The translations under genes were made by a program, and so were the position numbers. Of a DNA stretch of 64,000 bases, positions 16,083 through 24,477 are shown in pieces (the stretch's first letter is position 1; each line of letters begins with the position of its first letter). Origin of the DNA: Alphaproteobacteria bacterium. Lineage in GTDB: Bacteria > Pseudomonadota > Alphaproteobacteria > UBA9219. The notes below the pieces were generated by a model. It had not been told where the DNA came from. It searched no databases and was given only the letters and a program-made list of their open reading frames with translations. Where the stretch lies: the NCBI GenBank assembly GCA_028691835.1, contig JAQUYN010000001.1, forward strand, positions 21,122 through 85,121. Reading direction: 5' to 3'.

Positions 16083-16093
16083 GCTATGGCCCC
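16018..16093 (-). tRNA. tRNA-Ala (anticodon GGC)
   Basis: Reverse complement is GGGGCCATAGCTCAGCTGGGAGAGCGCAACAATGGCATTGTTGAGGTCAGGGGTTCGATCCCCCTTGGCTCCACCA. It folds as a cloverleaf by hand, with a G3:U70 pair, anticodon loop AU-GGC-AU and encoded CCA. Confidence 0.9.
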
Positions 16094-16189
16094 ACACGTC
16101 GAGGAAGCGTCAAAATACAGGGATGGGCGTGAAATACAAGCTTAAAATGAGCCCCTCCCCCACCTTATTCACACTTTTCTGCTAACGCC

Positions 16190-16798
16190 TTATGCCGAGG
16201 TATCGACCTTATGCGTTGTAGGCCCACCCTTGGCGACAACAACCATGGCTTCGCGCAACAGGCGGTCATGAATCATATAGCCCGGCTGAAGAACTTGCAC
16301 GATCATGCCCGCAGGCTTAGACGGATCCTCGGCTTCCATCATCACCTGATGATAATGGGGATCGAACGGTTGCCCCATCGGATTAAGCTTTTTAACGCCG
16401 AACTTTTCAAAAGTGGAAAGCAGTTGACGCTCTGTCGCCTCAACCCCCAGGATCAAATTCTTCAGCGTATCGCCATCGGCCCCACCTTCAGGCACAGCCT
16501 CAAGAGCACGGCGGAAATTATCGGCAACATTCAACATTTCTTTGGCGAATCCGCCGACGGCATATTTTTGCGCATCATCAATTTCTTTTTTCATACGGCG
16601 ACGGGTATTTTCCGTTTCCGCCATAGCCCGCAAAATTTGATCTTTAAGCTTCTCAATTTCTCTTTGAGCAGATTCAAGAGCATCTTCAGTCGCTTCTACA
16701 GATGTTTCAGCCTCTTGATCGGCATCATCTTGTACTGAGGAAACGTTTTGTGTTTCGTCTGCAACAAAAGGCTCTTGATTTATCTTCGTATCGCTCAT
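16190..16798 (-). CDS. grpE: nucleotide exchange factor GrpE
   Basis: KDQILRAMAETENTRRRMKKEIDDAQKYAVGGFAKEMLNVADNFRRAL...PFDPHYHQVM are GrpE hallmarks. Start set at ATG 16798 (MSDTK). Confidence 0.9.
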   Translation of the reverse strand: MSDTKINQEPFVADETQNVSSVQDDADQEAETSVEATEDALESAQREIEKLKDQILRAMAETENTRRRMKKEIDDAQKYAVGGFAKEMLNVADNFRRALEAVPEGGADGDTLKNLILGVEATERQLLSTFEKFGVKKLNPMGQPFDPHYHQVMMEAEDPSKPAGMIVQVLQPGYMIHDRLLREAMVVVAKGGPTTHKVDTSA

Positions 16799-16851
16799 AA
16801 TTTTTGTTTCCTGTTTCTTAACCGAGAGAGGGCATACTTCGTCCGCTATCA

Positions 16852-17901
16852 TTGCCCTATATGGGGGCGTTTGCCAACAAATTCAAGCAGCAAAACATGA
16901 CAAAACCTCAGACCTCTCCTATTCAGATTATTGGCATTCTTTCTGGTCGCGAAATCATCGGCGATGCCCTGATTAAAATCCCATTCTTACGCGCCTTACG
17001 AACCACATGGCCAGATGCCCAGATTCATTGGGTCACCACCAAGGGATCAACAGCTTATAGCGGGCCCTTGCGCGAAACGATCAAGCCCCTTATCAACGAA
17101 GTCCATGAAGTGCCTGATTGGCTTCATTCTTCTTCATCCGCTGCGCCCGATTTCGATTTACTGATTGATACGCGTGGGCGGTGGAAAATGGCCCTTGCCG
17201 CACGAATGAGTTTGCCCCACAAACTGTTCATCGCCCCCGCCGCTCGTTATCTGTTTTCAGACCGCAGGCCTTCCCTTTTTTCAAAGCGTCCCAGCAGGTT
17301 AATCCAACGTCTTCTACAAACGGTTGAGCTTGCCTCTGGCTTTGCGCCCCCCGTTACGGGACGCCTTCCGGCTCCGGCCGACTTTATGGCCAAGGCCCGA
17401 CACATCCTTCCTGAAGGCCAGATCTATGTTGGCTTCGCTCCCGGCGCGGGCAACCCCATCAAAAAATGGCCGCTCGATCATTTTATCAAAGTCGCCCAGC
17501 TTCAAGCCCGCATGAACCGCTTCCCTGTTTTCATTTTGGGGCCGGATGAAATGGGAATTTATGACGAACTGTTCCGGGCAGTGCCAGAAGCCATCTTCCC
17601 GCTGCAAGCCCATGAAGCTTGGGGCGACGATAAGATCTGCCTTGAAAAAACTTTAGCCTTGGGACACTGCCTTGACATCGCCGTCACAAACGACAGCGGC
17701 ACCAGCCACATGCTGGCTGCCGTAGATTGCCCCCTTGTCAGCCTGTTTGGCCCCACCTCCGCATCGAAACTTGCCCCCAGCGTTAGCCTCGGAGCTGTTC
17801 TGCGAGCGCAAGACTATGGCAGCAATGACATGATCGCCATACCACCCGAGGCGGTGCATGAGGCGGTCAACAAGGTCCTGCTTCTGCAAAAACGCATGTA
17901 A
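16852..17901 (+). CDS. glycosyltransferase family 9 (heptosyltransferase-like)
   Basis: IGDALIKIPFLRALR..WPDAQIHWV, GFAPGAGNPIKKWP, VTNDSGTSHMLAAVDCPLVSLFGPTS. The start is uncertain (TTG 16852, ATG 16861 or ATG 16897). Confidence 0.75.
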   Translation: MPYMGAFANKFKQQNMTKPQTSPIQIIGILSGREIIGDALIKIPFLRALRTTWPDAQIHWVTTKGSTAYSGPLRETIKPLINEVHEVPDWLHSSSSAAPDFDLLIDTRGRWKMALAARMSLPHKLFIAPAARYLFSDRRPSLFSKRPSRLIQRLLQTVELASGFAPPVTGRLPAPADFMAKARHILPEGQIYVGFAPGAGNPIKKWPLDHFIKVAQLQARMNRFPVFILGPDEMGIYDELFRAVPEAIFPLQAHEAWGDDKICLEKTLALGHCLDIAVTNDSGTSHMLAAVDCPLVSLFGPTSASKLAPSVSLGAVLRAQDYGSNDMIAIPPEAVHEAVNKVLLLQKRM

Positions 17902-17973
17902 TACCAATCTGTCTATGAACTGACGTATTGAGAGCGACCCTTTCAATTGAGTCCGTTCATAGGCTCGCTGGTA
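17902..17973. mobile_element. MITE family 1, short (~72 bp) internally deleted copy, TAA target duplication
   Basis: TACCAATCTGTCTATGAACTGACGTATTGAGAGCG...GAGTCCGTTCATAGGCTCGCTGGTA, flanked by TAA (17899..17901, which is the GT9 stop codon) and TAA (17974..17976). Confidence 0.75.
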
Positions 17974-17990
17974 TAACAGCAAAAGCGCAT

Positions 17991-18025
17991 AAAAAAGGGA
18001 GCCCGAAGGCTCCCTTTTCTTTTTG
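17991..18025. terminator. bidirectional intrinsic terminator (GT9 / rpsI)
   Basis: AAAAAA-GGGAGCC-cgaa-GGCTCCC-TTTTCTTTTT. Confidence 0.7.
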
Positions 18026-18039
18026 TATCCCCTTGCAGC

Positions 18040-18573
18040 TTAACGCTTGGAGAACTGGAAGCGCTTACGAGCTTTCGCACGGCCATACTTCTTACGTTCA
18101 ACAACGCGTGAATCGCGGGTCAAGAACTTAGCCGCCTTAAGAGGCGCACGAAGATCAGGTTCAAACTCAGTCAAAGCCTTGGAGATGCCATGCTTGACAG
18201 CGCCAGCCTGACCAGACAAGCCACCACCACTTACGAGGCACATAACATCAAATTGGCCGGCACGTTCAGCAACAGCAAAAGGCTGGTTGACAATCATTTG
18301 CAGAACAGGGCGCGCAAAATAAACCGTGATGTCACGACCATTGACAATAATCTTGCCATTGCCGGGCTTGATCCAAACGCGTGCAATAGCATTCTTACGT
18401 TTACCCGTTGCATAAGCACGACCATATTGGTCAACCTTGCGTTCACGCTTAACAGGCATGTCGGACGCGACAGTTTCAACAACTTTAGTTTCGGTACTAA
18501 CAGGAGCTTCAACAGCAGCATCCTTAACAGCAGCCTTAATCCCGGACAGGGAAGATTTACGTGTCGTTGCCAT
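18040..18573 (-). CDS. rpsI: 30S ribosomal protein S9
   Basis: [30 protein letters not shown]...[19 protein letters not shown]...[24 protein letters not shown]. Confidence 0.95.
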   Translation of the reverse strand: MATTRKSSLSGIKAAVKDAAVEAPVSTETKVVETVASDMPVKRERKVDQYGRAYATGKRKNAIARVWIKPGNGKIIVNGRDITVYFARPVLQMIVNQPFAVAERAGQFDVMCLVSGGGLSGQAGAVKHGISKALTEFEPDLRAPLKAAKFLTRDSRVVERKKYGRAKARKRFQFSKR

Positions 18574-18575
18574 GA

Positions 18576-19079
18576 TTACTTGATCCTCTTATTCTTGGGA
18601 TTGGCGGCGACGAAATCAATGTTCGTCGGTGTTTGAGCCGCGTGTGGATGCTCAACACCCGCATAGACCTTCAAATTGCCGAGCTGGCGACGGCCCAAAG
18701 GACCACGTGGCAGCATACGTTCAACAGCCTTTTCGATGACACGTTCAGGATAATTGCCCGCCAAAATCGCGGCGCGCGTACGGCCCTTGATGCCGCCAGC
18801 ATACCCTGTGTGATAAAAGAACTCTTTATCCGTGGCCTTCTTGCCTGTCATGGCAACCTTCTCGGCGTTGATCACAATGACATTGTCACCGCAATCAACA
18901 GAAGGTGTGAAAGTTGCTTTATTCTTACCGCGCAACGTTGTCGCAATCACGGCGGCTAAACGGCCCAGAATGACGCCGTCGGCATCAAACAAAACCCAAT
19001 TCTTTTCCTGTTCGCCATGTTTGGCAGCAAAGCTCTTCGTTTGAACGCTTCGCTTGGACAGTGAAATCTTCCCAGCCAT
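18576..19079 (-). CDS. rplM: 50S ribosomal protein L13
   Basis: [48 protein letters not shown]...[10 protein letters not shown]. The N-terminal extent is uncertain. Confidence 0.9.
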   Translation of the reverse strand: MAGKISLSKRSVQTKSFAAKHGEQEKNWVLFDADGVILGRLAAVIATTLRGKNKATFTPSVDCGDNVIVINAEKVAMTGKKATDKEFFYHTGYAGGIKGRTRAAILAGNYPERVIEKAVERMLPRGPLGRRQLGNLKVYAGVEHPHAAQTPTNIDFVAANPKNKRIK

Positions 19080-19220
19080 TCTTTATCCTTTCAAGCATGC
19101 GGTGCCATTATCTTCAACAAAACGTCTTGAAGGCCCACGAGATCAGGTGCGTTTTGTACGGATTTGCATGCACAGAGTCAACAATAAATAAGCTTTCAAG
19201 CCAAGAAATGTTGTGTGGTA

Positions 19221-20081
19221 TTATATTACCGCACTTAAGAGCGCGCGCAGCTTCCCCCTGAGCCAAATCACGCCATAGATCGCCCAAAGGAGCGGCTGAA
19301 AGTACTTATCTCCATGATTCTCATGGAAGTAACGAATAAATTCCAACACCTTTTCTTCTTCCCTTTGCACGACAGGGGCGGATTTCTCTTTATCAGCCAT
19401 GAATACTTTAAGCTGAGGAAGGAAATAAGTATGACCGCCCCATTGGTTAAATCGGTAACAAAAGTCCATATCGGCCACATAAGTCTTGTAACACTCAAGA
19501 AAGCCATGAACGGATAGATAGTTTTTCGTCCTGAGGAACATAAATGAGCCACTAATAGCGGGAACAAGGTCTTTTTTGGCAGGAAGCGGCTCCTGATGAA
19601 GATAAAGGCGCCGACCCGGAAAATATTTAGCAAGGTGTAAGCCTTCAATCGCCGCCGACGCCGGAGAAAGCAAAGAACACCGCGAACCCTTTTTGTTTCG
19701 GCCCATCTGATCAACAAGCCTTGCCCCCAGGAGATAAGGGGTTTGGGCTGTCGCGGCTTGCTCAATCAAAACGGCGACAGTGGTTGGCGGCAGTAAACAC
19801 CGTGGATTAACAAGCAAGACATGATCACCGCTTGCAACCCGCACGCCCAAATTATACCCACGCGCCAGCCCAATATTGCCATGGCCAGTCATCAACCTGA
19901 CGGCAGGATCATCCCGAAATTTTTCAATCAGCCGCTTTTCAAGCTCGGGGGGATTGCCATTATTCACAAGAATCAGCTCAACCTCTGCCGTTTGATCTAA
20001 AACAGCATCAATGGCGGCCTCAAGCACGCGGCCTGTATGGTATGTCACCATAATAATGGATGTCAGCTCTGGCGCCATCAT
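19221..20081 (-). CDS. glycosyltransferase family 2
   Basis: SIIMVTYHTGRVLEAAIDAVLDQT...LILVNNGN...NIGLARGYNLG. Start set at ATG 20081, preceded by GGAGAGGG. Confidence 0.75.
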   Translation of the reverse strand: MMAPELTSIIMVTYHTGRVLEAAIDAVLDQTAEVELILVNNGNPPELEKRLIEKFRDDPAVRLMTGHGNIGLARGYNLGVRVASGDHVLLVNPRCLLPPTTVAVLIEQAATAQTPYLLGARLVDQMGRNKKGSRCSLLSPASAAIEGLHLAKYFPGRRLYLHQEPLPAKKDLVPAISGSFMFLRTKNYLSVHGFLECYKTYVADMDFCYRFNQWGGHTYFLPQLKVFMADKEKSAPVVQREEEKVLEFIRYFHENHGDKYFQPLLWAIYGVIWLRGKLRALLSAVI

Positions 20082-20200
20082 TGACAGCCCTCTCCTTTTC
20101 TCATTTAGTAGGCATTCCTTAGTGTTGTAATGTTGTCTCGGATAAATATGATAAAGGACCACAGGCACCATACCCGTCTTTTTCCTAAAGGACTATATTT

Positions 20201-21259
20201 ATGCAAACTCTTTTTGTAACGGGGGCTGCCGGTTTTATCGGATCTGCCGTTTGTCGTTACCTTCGCCGTAACGGCCTTGCGCACGTCGTCGGGATTGATG
20301 CCATGACCTATGCCGCCAGTCGCGAGTCGGTTGGCAATTTGGCAAACGATCCGTCCTTTACGCTGATCGAAGCCAACATCACAGATGCTGCAATGCTTGC
20401 TCAACTTTTCATGCAGTATCTTCCCGACGGCATCCTTCATTTGGCTGCTGAAACACATGTGGACCGATCCATTGATACCCCAAGCGAATTTTTGACCTCC
20501 AATGTTGTTGGCACCTTCTCGCTCTTGGAGACGGTTCGCTCCTGCTTTCCCCTTCTTAGCCCCGAACAACAAAAAAACTTCCGCTTTCTTCACGTTTCAA
20601 CGGATGAAATCTATGGCTCGCTGGGCGACGAAGGCACTTTTGACGAAGGGGCACCCTGTAATCCAAGTTCCCCTTACGCCGCGACAAAAGCTTGCGCGGA
20701 CCATTTGGTCAGCGCATGGCATAAAACCTATGGCCTGCCAACACTCATCACCAATTGCTCAAACAATTATGGGCCGCTGCAATTCCCCGAGAAACTCATT
20801 CCCTTAGCCATAACGAAAGCCCTGAACGGCGAATCCATACCCCTTTATGGCGACGGGCAACAGGTGCGCGATTGGCTTTATGTCGAAGATCATGCTCAGG
20901 CTCTTTATCAAGTTTTCACCCGGGGACACATCGGCGAGCATTACAACATTGGCGGCAATTGTGAAAAGACAAACATTGATCTTATCTATCAGGTCTGTAC
21001 GATTCTTGATGAACTCATGCCCAATGCTGTTTACCGCCCTCACAAGCGCCTTATCACCCACGTCGAAGACAGGCCCGGACACGATAAGCGCTATGCCCTC
21101 AATTATGGAAAGCTCGCATCCGAACTTGATTGGCGCCCTGAAACAAGCCTTGAGAGTGGGCTTTATGAAACCGTTCGCTGGTATCTGAACAATCAAATGT
21201 GGTGTAATGCCATTCAGGGCCGCAAATATGCGGGCCAGCGTATGGGGATCATTAAGTAA
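20201..21259 (+). CDS. rfbB: dTDP-glucose 4,6-dehydratase
   Basis: LFVTGAAGFIGSA, YAATKACADHLV, TNCSNNYGPLQFPEKLIPL, GDGQQVRDWLYVEDH. Confidence 0.9.
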   Translation: MQTLFVTGAAGFIGSAVCRYLRRNGLAHVVGIDAMTYAASRESVGNLANDPSFTLIEANITDAAMLAQLFMQYLPDGILHLAAETHVDRSIDTPSEFLTSNVVGTFSLLETVRSCFPLLSPEQQKNFRFLHVSTDEIYGSLGDEGTFDEGAPCNPSSPYAATKACADHLVSAWHKTYGLPTLITNCSNNYGPLQFPEKLIPLAITKALNGESIPLYGDGQQVRDWLYVEDHAQALYQVFTRGHIGEHYNIGGNCEKTNIDLIYQVCTILDELMPNAVYRPHKRLITHVEDRPGHDKRYALNYGKLASELDWRPETSLESGLYETVRWYLNNQMWCNAIQGRKYAGQRMGIIK

Positions 21260-21270
21260 AGGCACCTTAC

Positions 21271-22194
21271 ATGACACGACATCGCATCATGGTTTTGGGC
21301 GCAGCCGGACAAGTTGGACAATCGATCCAGCATCTTGCAAGCCACAAACACCTGCCGGAAAACTGGGATCTAAGCCTCTTTTCACGCACAGAATGTAATA
21401 TTACAAACCCATCCATGCTGCGCGATGCCATTCAACGAACAAACCCCGACCTCATCATTAATGCTTCAGGCCTTACAAATGTCGAACACGCCGAGCGGGA
21501 TGAGAACCTTGCCATGGCAACAAATTTTCATGCCGTTGCCCAAATGGCGGCCCAATGCTCGGCCCTTGACATTCCAATCATCCATCTTTCGACGGATTAT
21601 GTTTTCGATGGGCGCGAACACACGCCTTATAAACCCAACGACCAGATGAACCCCCTGAACACCTATGGCGGCAGCAAAATGATGGGTGAAGAGGCCCTGC
21701 GTCATGAGCATCCTTGGCACGTCATTCTGCGCATTTCCTCGGTCTTCAGCGCGTTTCGACGCAACATTCTCACGGGGGCCCTTGCCCTTATCGAAGAACA
21801 GGAGGAACTGCGTTTCGTCACGGACATTGTGAGCACGCCGACCTATGCACTTGATGTCGCGCAGGCCATCGTGACCATCGGAAAAGAGCTTATGCTTGGC
21901 AAAGCCGATGGCTATGGCACGTTTCATTTGACGGGGGAACCGATTGCCTCGCGCTTCGACTTCGTCGAGGAAGTGATGAAAGCCTATGAACCCTTCACGA
22001 TGCGTCGCCCAAAACTCGTCGCCACCGTTTGCGCCGAATTCCCAGACTATGTTCGCCGCCCACCCTATTCCGTCATGGACTGCGCAAAAATCAAAGCCAC
22101 CTACGGAATTGATCAAAAATCGTGGAAAGACGGCATTCGAGACGCAATCTCAATCCTTCACAATGCTGGTCGCACGCCACGGATGCCACGATGA
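21271..22194 (+). CDS. rfbD: dTDP-4-dehydrorhamnose reductase
   Basis: IMVLGAAGQVGQS...HLSTDYVFDG...PLNTYGGSKMMGEEAL; adjacent to rfbB. Confidence 0.85.
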   Translation: MTRHRIMVLGAAGQVGQSIQHLASHKHLPENWDLSLFSRTECNITNPSMLRDAIQRTNPDLIINASGLTNVEHAERDENLAMATNFHAVAQMAAQCSALDIPIIHLSTDYVFDGREHTPYKPNDQMNPLNTYGGSKMMGEEALRHEHPWHVILRISSVFSAFRRNILTGALALIEEQEELRFVTDIVSTPTYALDVAQAIVTIGKELMLGKADGYGTFHLTGEPIASRFDFVEEVMKAYEPFTMRRPKLVATVCAEFPDYVRRPPYSVMDCAKIKATYGIDQKSWKDGIRDAISILHNAGRTPRMPR

Positions 22195-22244
22195 AGAAAG
22201 TGAAACACAAAAAGGAATCGCTTTTACGTTCACAGAACAACCTT

Positions 22245-22393
22245 CAACGTCTTTCCGCACGATTTTCTTTTCGGCCCCATAGGGACGAAAGAAAATTGAT
22301 GCGGAATCCAGAGGACTTATCAAAGCGTGAGTCAGTCTAGATTCCAGATAACCCACTGCCGCAAGCGCGTTGCGGGTTTCCGCAAAGACGTTG
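22245..22393. repeat. palindromic repeat family 2, copy A (~150 bp)
   Basis: Shares TTTTCTTTTC..GAAAGAAAATTGAT(G/C)CGGAATCC with 23265..23416. Outer inverted ends are CAACGTCTTT / AAAGACGTTG. Confidence 0.55.
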
Positions 22394-22450
22394 AATTGAG
22401 TTAGTAACGAATAAACGCCGCTTTTTCCTCCCACCAACCAAGAGCCCAAC

Positions 22451-23209
22451 ATGACCCTGCGCCCGCCTAATAGCTTTTCCGAAGAAACTTTTACGTTACC
22501 AACCCCCGATGACAAAAAAATCTATGGCATCCTCAACAAAAGCACAAACCCGAATGGCAAGGTCGTAGTCCTCTCACATGGGATGACGGATCATTACCAC
22601 GGATACCTCGCCGTTATCGCCCGCAATGTTTTCACAGCGCAGGGTTATGACGTTGTCGGATTCAACTATTATGCTTTTGAAAACGACGCACGAAAACTGA
22701 ATGAATGCACAATCCAAACGCACGCCGACGATTTGAACCTTATCTGCAATCACTTTCGGCCATCCTATGACAAGCTATGTATTGCAGGACATTCCTATGG
22801 CGGCTATGCGATAATCGTGGCCAACACAGGCGCCGATGCCTTAGCTTTTTGGGATTCCTCATTCGTCCCTTATGAATCTTTTTGGAAAGAGCATGCCCCA
22901 AAGCTTGAGAGCACACGCTTTCATATCCATGGGTGGGGATGTTATAACCTAACCAATCCCGCGATGATCAAGTTGGATCAAAACACAAGCGAAGCGGGTG
23001 CCGTGGCTATGGCTCAGAAGATAACAGCTCCATCGCTAGTTGTTCTTGCCGCAGAATCCCAAGAAAACCCTGTGCGCACAATCCTTTATGATTCTTTGGC
23101 CTGCCCCAAAAAGCTTATCGACATAGACGGCGCAAATCATATGTTCACCAACGGCCACACAGTCTATGATTTGTTAGACACAACGATGGAATGGTTCGAT
23201 GCCCATTAA
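22451..23209 (+). CDS. alpha/beta-fold hydrolase
   Basis: VVVLSHGMTDH and the nucleophile elbow IAGHSYGG. Confidence 0.65.
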   Translation: MTLRPPNSFSEETFTLPTPDDKKIYGILNKSTNPNGKVVVLSHGMTDHYHGYLAVIARNVFTAQGYDVVGFNYYAFENDARKLNECTIQTHADDLNLICNHFRPSYDKLCIAGHSYGGYAIIVANTGADALAFWDSSFVPYESFWKEHAPKLESTRFHIHGWGCYNLTNPAMIKLDQNTSEAGAVAMAQKITAPSLVVLAAESQENPVRTILYDSLACPKKLIDIDGANHMFTNGHTVYDLLDTTMEWFDAH

Positions 23210-23264
23210 GTCCAGCCGCGCACAAAAAATGAAAAAGGCAAACGAAGAATCCTTCAAAGATTTT

Positions 23265-23416
23265 GTCATTCTGGACAGTTTTCTTTTCACGACGCTGTGC
23301 GGCGGGAAAGAAAATTGATCCGGAATCCCATTTGTTTTACAGTAATGAAACCAAATGGGATTCTGGATCTTCGCCCGTCTGCCGCCAAGGCAGCATCAGG
23401 GCTTGTCCGGAATGAC
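23265..23416. repeat. palindromic repeat family 2, copy B (~152 bp)
   Basis: Outer arms are GTCATTCTGGACAG / CTTGTCCGGAATGAC. Inner arms are GATCCGGAATCCCATTTG / CAAATGGGATTCTGGATC. Confidence 0.6.
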
Positions 23417-23457
23417 AAAACCCAACATATTTATGCACGCCATCAAAACAAAGTATT

Positions 23458-24477
23458 ATGCAAATTTCACTCACAATTCTCCTTTTCGTTACCATCATCG
23501 CCTTCTTCGCAAGCTGGGGGTTAACGGCGCTTTTGCGCAAACGGCTTCTGGCCAAGGCAATCATGGATGTCCCCAACGAACGCAGCATGCACACCCTGCC
23601 TGTACCACGTGGTGGCGGGCTGTCCGTGATGGCGACCATCCTTGCGGGACTCTCTTTTTGTCTCAGTCAGGAAAACTTAATTCCCATCGGTTGGTTACTT
23701 GCCGCGCTTGGCTTGCTCCTATGTGTCTCATGGATTGACGATAAGAAACACGTCAACCCGGCTCTACGTCTTGTGCTTCACCTTGTCGCAGCCAGTATGG
23801 GAAGTCTCGCCTTGGGCAACAACGCCCTTCTTTTCGGCGGCCTTCTCCCCCTTTGGCTGGATCGTGCCGTAATGATCCTTGGCTGGGGCTGGTTTATGAA
23901 CCTCTACAATTTTATGGATGGCATTGACGGCATCACGGGAACGCAGACGATTTGTTGCGCGGTAGGGGCCGGGCTTCTTTTGTCCCTGTCACAAGTCGAA
24001 AACGTGAACTTTCTGCTTACCCTTTGCGCCCTTATCGTAGGCAGCTGCCTTGGCTTTCTCATGCTGAACTGGCATCCCGCTAAGATCTTCCTCGGCGATG
24101 TGGGCAGCGTCCCTTTGGGCTTCCTGATCGGATTCTTGCTTTTAAAGCTGGCCACACAAGGGACGGCCACTCTTCTTCCCTCTCTTTTGATCCCACTCTA
24201 TTACATTGCGGATAGCGGCATAACGATCACCAGACGCCTTTTACGTGGCGAAAAGGTCTGGCAAGCTCATCGTCAGCACTTTTATCAACGCGCAACCCTT
24301 GGCGAAGGATCGCCCGTTCCTATCGTAGCATGGGTTCTCGTCACCAATATTGGGCTCATCGCCTGCGCGCTGCTGTCACGAAACGACCCTTGGCTTGGGG
24401 CTGGGCTTGGTGTAGGTATTCTCCTCCTCCTTCTAGCGAAAATGACTCACTCTGCCCGGAAAGCTAGCAAGCTATGA
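23458..24477 (+). CDS. glycosyltransferase family 4 (WecA/WbpL-type undecaprenyl-phosphate sugar-1-P transferase)
   Basis: NERSMHTLPVPRGGGL, NLYNFMDGIDGI and a polytopic membrane profile. Confidence 0.8.
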   Translation: MQISLTILLFVTIIAFFASWGLTALLRKRLLAKAIMDVPNERSMHTLPVPRGGGLSVMATILAGLSFCLSQENLIPIGWLLAALGLLLCVSWIDDKKHVNPALRLVLHLVAASMGSLALGNNALLFGGLLPLWLDRAVMILGWGWFMNLYNFMDGIDGITGTQTICCAVGAGLLLSLSQVENVNFLLTLCALIVGSCLGFLMLNWHPAKIFLGDVGSVPLGFLIGFLLLKLATQGTATLLPSLLIPLYYIADSGITITRRLLRGEKVWQAHRQHFYQRATLGEGSPVPIVAWVLVTNIGLIACALLSRNDPWLGAGLGVGILLLLLAKMTHSARKASKL

